A stretch of 41,486 nt of DNA from NCBI GenBank assembly GCA_965214935.1, contig CBDCCS010000027.1, forward strand, positions 1 to 41,486, given 5' to 3'. The stretch comes from Candidatus Velthaea sp. GTDB taxonomy: Bacteria; Vulcanimicrobiota; Vulcanimicrobiia; Vulcanimicrobiales; Vulcanimicrobiaceae. Both the position numbers and the translations under genes were made by a program. Below, one piece after another: positions 37,204 through 41,486 of this stretch. Position 1 is the stretch's first letter, and each line of letters opens with the position of its first letter. The notes beneath the pieces were generated by a model. That model was given only the letters and a program-made list of their open reading frames with translations, was not told the origin of the DNA and did not search any database.

Positions 37204-37776
37204 TTATAGCGGCGGCTTGGCAAGACTCGTTGCGAAGAGTGTCGCGACGATTGCATGCATCGGCGGATCGACCCGCAATAAGCGTTCGCGCGTCGCACGC
37301 GGCCACAACGATTGGGGGTCGTTGACTTCGACCCACGCGCGCATCGCTTCGGCAAAGTATTCATCGAGACCCGATGCTGCGTAGGGGGTAACGAAAGCCC
37401 GGGCTCGCTCGAACGCACCGCGAATGCGCGGATCGACGCCGCTTAGATAAACGCCGCCGCCCAACGCGCAATCGAGTGCGTGCGCAAATTCATGCGCGAC
37501 GGTCATCGGACTTGCGGATCGCAAAAACATCGTGCGTTCCTCGACGACGAAAAGACCGGCGGGCGGAATCGGCCAATCATCGACGCCTGCAGCAAGGCGG
37601 CGCAACACGTGCGACCGATCGCGATAGCCCTCGTGCCTTGCAAGCATCACGAGCCGGATCCCCGCGTCGGCGGCCAACTGCTGCGCGCCCGCGCCGAAGC
37701 GCCCGAGCGTTGCGTGGATCGCGCGTAAGGTGGAATCGTCGGCGCCGGTGATGGAGAGCGTTTGGGCGGAGGGCAT
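37204..37776 (-). CDS. Zn metallopeptidase, anthrax lethal factor/MtfA-like
   Basis: HEFAH motif and downstream PYAASGLDEYFAEA third-ligand segment; no signal peptide seen. Confidence 0.8.
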   Translation of the reverse strand: MPSAQTLSITGADDSTLRAIHATLGRFGAGAQQLAADAGIRLVMLARHEGYRDRSHVLRRLAAGVDDWPIPPAGLFVVEERTMFLRSASPMTVAHEFAHALDCALGGGVYLSGVDPRIRGAFERARAFVTPYAASGLDEYFAEAMRAWVEVNDPQSLWPRATRERLLRVDPPMHAIVATLFATSLAKPPL

Positions 37777-37953
37777 CGCTTCATGCTGCACTGCGCGCAT
37801 GTGCGCGCAATTGCCGGTAGTTGGCCGGCTTGCGCGCGACATAATGGCGCTGCTCGCGCTTGCCGATACTCTAGTGACGGCGGCGAGTTAGGCCTCGAAC
37901 GCAGTCGTGCGCGTCGAATTCGGGCTCCACGCAGGTAAAGGCGTTGTTAACCG

Positions 37954-40095
37954 TTGAGCGATTCAACCGATTCCGCATTCCGGCCCGGCGGCGAGCCGTG
38001 GGCGTGTGCGTCCGCCGACGCCCAACGGCATGAATCGGGCACCATCGGTGTGTGGGAGTTCGACGTCCGTAGCGGCAGCTTGCTCTGGGATCGCACCATG
38101 CTCGCGCTACACGCAAACGGAACGGCGACGCTTTCCGTCGACCGGTGGTTACGCGAGGCCGTCCATCCGCTCGACCGCGACCGGTTGAGGTCCGAACTCG
38201 ATGCTGCACTGCAAGGTGCGGTCTTCAACACCGAGTATCGCGCCGTCGGGCCCGACGGTAACATCCGAATCATTCACTCGTTAGCAACGGCCGTCGTCGG
38301 CGCCGCCGCATCGCCGTTGCGCCTTACGGGCTTGGCCTTAGACGTCACCGCGTTGCATACCGCACGGGAACGCGAGCGCAGCGAGAAAGCCGCACTTGCC
38401 GATAGCGAAAAGCGGCACCGGGCGTTGATCGAGGCGATACCGCAGATCGTTTCGGTTGTCGGATCCGACGGTCGGCTAGAATACGTCAATGCTCGCTGGA
38501 CGCAATATACCGGTTACACGCTCGAAGAAGTTCGGGCCGCCGGCCGCATCGCGACGCTCGAAGCCGAGGGGCTTGCTTTGCTCAACAGTCATCGCCTGCG
38601 TTCGCCGGCGACCGAATTTGAGTGTGAGGTACGCTTGCGGCGGCACGACGGGGTTTTTCGCTGGCAGTTGTTTCGCTCGGTGCCGATCGTCGACGACGCC
38701 GGCTTGCAAGGCTGGATCGTCAGCGCAACCGATATCGAAGATCGCAAGACCGCCGACGGACGTCTCGCGCGCGCGTCGGCGGAGATCGCACATCTCGCGC
38801 ATCACGATCCGCTAACGAATCTGCCGAATCGCAAATTCGTGATGGAGCGGCTCGCTCAAGCGATCGCGAAAGCCGCGCGTAATAACGAACATGTGACGGT
38901 GTTGTTTCTCGACCTCGACCGGTTCAAAAACATCAACGACCGGCTCGGACATTCGGTCGGCGACCGGATTCTGACGCAAACGGCTCAACGTTTGAGCCGC
39001 GCGCTGCGCGCCGACGATACGGCGGGCCGCGTCGGTGGTGACGAGTTTGTTATGATTTGCGCGGGTCATGCCGACGCCGACGAAGGGTTGTTGGTCGCTA
39101 ACCGGCTTCTAGCGGTTATCTCGGAGCCGATCGACGTCGACGGCGATCTGCTGACGATCGCGGCGAGTATCGGTATCAGCCGCTATCCGGCCGACGACCG
39201 CAATGCCGATGCGCTCGTGCGGAAGGCCGACGTCGCGATGGCCAGTGCGAAACAAAGCGGCCGGCATGCGATACGCATGTTTGCACCCGAGATGAACGTC
39301 ATGCTTGCCGCCACGATAAAGTTCGAGACCGAGATACGCGCGGGAATTGCCGCCCGACAATTTGCCGTTTATTACCAGCCGATGATCGACGTGCGCTCCG
39401 GGCGGCTCAGCGGCGGAGAAGCGCTCGTGCGCTGGCAGCATCCGCAACGCGGCTTGCTGCAACCCGGCGATTTCATTGCTTTTGCCGAAGAGCACGGCTA
39501 TATCTTGGACATCGGTGCGTTGGTGCTCGATCGTGCGTGCGCCCAAATCAAGCGGCTCGAAGCCGGCGGCAATTCGGACTTCCGCATCGCGGTCAATGTC
39601 GCGGCTCCGCAGTTCCAACATGCCGACTTCGTTCGCAACGTCGCGGCGACGATTGCCTTGCACGCAATCGACGTCCGGCATGTCGAGCTCGAGATAACCG
39701 AAAGTATGGTAATGGGAAATACCGCTGCAACGATTCGTGTACTGCACGAGCTCAAGGCGCTGGGCGTGAAGCTGTCGCTCGACGATTTTGGAACCGGCTA
39801 CAGCTCGCTTGCGTATATCAAGAATTTTCCGATCGATACGCTCAAAATCGATCGTTCCTTCGTACGCGACATCGCGACGGATCGTACGGACCAGGCACTG
39901 GCAAAAACCATTATTACCTTAGCGCATAGTTTAGGCATGCGGGTCGTCGGCGAGGGGGTTGAAACAGCGGCTCAGCTGGACGTGCTGCGTGCGTATGGCG
40001 CCGATAGTTGTCAAGGCTATTACTTCAGCCGACCGCTGCCGGCCGAGCAATTCGAGCGCTTCGAACGGACGTATCGGCCGCTTGTCACCGCATAG
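37954..40095 (+). CDS. PAS-PAS-GGDEF-EAL c-di-GMP signalling protein
   Basis: PAS motifs (GVWEFD, VHPLDR, YVNARWTQYTG), DLDRFKNIND, GGDEF, EALVRW, DDFGTGYSS, EGVET. Start uncertain. Confidence 0.95.
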   Translation: MSDSTDSAFRPGGEPWACASADAQRHESGTIGVWEFDVRSGSLLWDRTMLALHANGTATLSVDRWLREAVHPLDRDRLRSELDAALQGAVFNTEYRAVGPDGNIRIIHSLATAVVGAAASPLRLTGLALDVTALHTARERERSEKAALADSEKRHRALIEAIPQIVSVVGSDGRLEYVNARWTQYTGYTLEEVRAAGRIATLEAEGLALLNSHRLRSPATEFECEVRLRRHDGVFRWQLFRSVPIVDDAGLQGWIVSATDIEDRKTADGRLARASAEIAHLAHHDPLTNLPNRKFVMERLAQAIAKAARNNEHVTVLFLDLDRFKNINDRLGHSVGDRILTQTAQRLSRALRADDTAGRVGGDEFVMICAGHADADEGLLVANRLLAVISEPIDVDGDLLTIAASIGISRYPADDRNADALVRKADVAMASAKQSGRHAIRMFAPEMNVMLAATIKFETEIRAGIAARQFAVYYQPMIDVRSGRLSGGEALVRWQHPQRGLLQPGDFIAFAEEHGYILDIGALVLDRACAQIKRLEAGGNSDFRIAVNVAAPQFQHADFVRNVAATIALHAIDVRHVELEITESMVMGNTAATIRVLHELKALGVKLSLDDFGTGYSSLAYIKNFPIDTLKIDRSFVRDIATDRTDQALAKTIITLAHSLGMRVVGEGVETAAQLDVLRAYGADSCQGYYFSRPLPAEQFERFERTYRPLVTA

Positions 40096-40096
40096 T

Positions 40097-41386
40097 ATGC
40101 CGGCACCCGCACCGGCCTCCGACGTTGCGTGCAATTCGCTCGTCGAGCGAATCTCCGGCGGGCTCGCCGCGCTCAACGATGCGGCGGCGATCTTCGACTG
40201 GCCGGCAACCGGCGACGCTCCGCGACTCGTTTTCGTCAATGCAGCTTTTGAATCGTTATTCGGTTATGCCGCCGGCGAGATCGCCGGCCGGCCGGCCGAC
40301 TTCTTATATGGATCGTCGACGGATCTCGAAAGCGTCGCGTTTTTGAGCGACCAATTGCGCGCAACCCGTCAGGCGCGCGGCCCGGTCGTGTATTATCGGC
40401 GCGACGGCGTACCGGTCTATGTCGAACTGAGTTTGCGCATCGTCGATGCTGCCGGCAGCGATCGTGACCGCTATGTCGCTGCGATGTTGCGCGACGTCAC
40501 GACGCATAAAGAGTTTCAACTCGCGATTGCAAAAGAAAAGCGCAAGTTGCAGGTAACGCTCGCTGCGATCGGCGACGGGGTCATTACGACGGTCGCCGAC
40601 GGACGCGTCGATTTCGTGAATCTCGCTGCTCGAACGCTGTTCGGCATTGACGCCGCCGAAGCGTACGGACAACCGATCGCCGAAGCATTACGCTTGACCG
40701 ATACGTCCGGCGCGACGATCGACATGCTGGGCGGGATCGCGGATGCCGCTCGCGTCAGTCGCGGTCAGGCCCTGTTCACGCGCGGCAGTGCCGTCAAACA
40801 TATCGCGTACGTGACCTCGTCGATTGCCGGTGAGGGCTATGTGATGGTGCTGCGCGACGTAACCGCTCAACACCGCCTCGCGACTCAACTCTCGTATGAA
40901 GCGTCGCACGATCCGCTCACGGGGATGTACAACCGGCGCAAATTCGACGAGTTGCTCGAAGATGCAATCGATGGGGTGGTACGCGGCGAAGGCCCGCACG
41001 CTCTGGCTTTCCTCGATCTCGACCGGTTCAAGCGGATCAACGATACCTGCGGTCATGCCGTCGGCGATCGCGTGTTGCTCGACCTCGCACATCTCTTGCA
41101 GCAGCAATTGCGCGGGCGCGACGTGCTCGCGCGTATCGGCGGCGATGAGTTCGCCATTCTCTTGCACGGCTGTTCGCTCGACAACGCGCACCGCGTGCTC
41201 GACGTGCTGCGTCAAGCGGTCGAGTCGTACCGGTTGCGCTACCACAATGTCGAGTATGAGGTCGGCGTCAGCATCGGTGTCACGGCAATCGATGCACCGC
41301 CGGCCGATGCAGCGACGCTTTGCAGCCGCGCGGATGCCGCGTGCTATGCAGCCAAACATAGCCGGAGCGCCGCCGCCGAACGCTGA
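40097..41386 (+). CDS. PAS-PAS-GGDEF diguanylate cyclase
   Basis: FVNAAFESLFGY, IGDGVITT, HDPLTG, DLDRFKRINDTCGH, RGRD I-site, GGDEF. ATG is 1 nt after the upstream stop. Confidence 0.94.
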   Translation: MPAPAPASDVACNSLVERISGGLAALNDAAAIFDWPATGDAPRLVFVNAAFESLFGYAAGEIAGRPADFLYGSSTDLESVAFLSDQLRATRQARGPVVYYRRDGVPVYVELSLRIVDAAGSDRDRYVAAMLRDVTTHKEFQLAIAKEKRKLQVTLAAIGDGVITTVADGRVDFVNLAARTLFGIDAAEAYGQPIAEALRLTDTSGATIDMLGGIADAARVSRGQALFTRGSAVKHIAYVTSSIAGEGYVMVLRDVTAQHRLATQLSYEASHDPLTGMYNRRKFDELLEDAIDGVVRGEGPHALAFLDLDRFKRINDTCGHAVGDRVLLDLAHLLQQQLRGRDVLARIGGDEFAILLHGCSLDNAHRVLDVLRQAVESYRLRYHNVEYEVGVSIGVTAIDAPPADAATLCSRADAACYAAKHSRSAAAER

Positions 41387-41486
41387 GCGGACGCAAGCGC
41401 AGCGCCGGCCGGCGGCGAAACGACTCTGCGTGGAAAGTGAATCCCAAAACGGCGAGCATGCAACACGTGCGCTTGGAGAGCATCTT

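Noticed and set aside
37895..37907. 13-mer TCGAACGCAGTCG shared with 18901-18913; also CGCAGGTAA and AAGGAACGA each seen in two intergenic regions
   Set aside because: Only two copies each; matches this short are plausible by chance in GC-rich DNA.
40220..40320. First PAS domain of the last DGC as a LOV photoreceptor
   Set aside because: GRPADFLYG lacks the Cys of the GRNCRFLQ motif.
41387..41460. c-di-GMP-I riboswitch-like words (GGACGCAAGC, GGCGAAAC) after the last GGDEF gene
   Set aside because: Elements are in the wrong order and the P2/P3 stems cannot be formed.
41458..41486. Possible start of the next gene (MQHVRLESI...)
   Set aside because: Only nine codons are visible and there is no clear RBS.

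Overview
GC-rich bacterial chromosomal segment, mostly core genes. I found no rRNA, tRNA, CRISPR array or intact mobile element. The mixed Firmicutes-like and Actinobacteria-like gene order suggests a Terrabacteria lineage such as Eremiobacterota (unverified inference). Left to right: 5' part of an aldehyde dehydrogenase gene and a TetR regulator with an unusual N-terminal extra domain; pyrD-SDR; a selenocysteine formate dehydrogenase operon (fdhD, alpha subunit with in-frame UGA and SECIS hairpin, Fe-S beta subunit, and an NrfD-type anchor broken by clustered indels); GerMN protein-amidase-murI; PAP2-like membrane protein; dxs-secG-two oligopeptide ABC ATPases; an RKK-repeat histone H1-like gene divergent from a tightly coupled run topA-trmFO-hslV-hslU-def-fmt-rsmB-FHA-FHA-PP2C-like-rodA; YbhB, aldo-keto reductase, fucU; a small Arg/Asp-repeat ORF and a structured intergenic region; FUSC; and a c-di-GMP cluster (membrane DGC, HEXXH metallopeptidase, PAS-GGDEF-EAL, PAS-GGDEF). 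The most notable signals are: three genes in one operon that appear to need non-canonical starts (CTG overlapping the upstream TGA for fmt and the FhaA-like gene, ATT for hslV); a PP2C lacking most catalytic aspartates inside an FHA/RodA cluster; the TetR with a transposase-like N-terminal module; and the Tat-less Sec formate dehydrogenase. All family calls come from motif recognition, not database searches.
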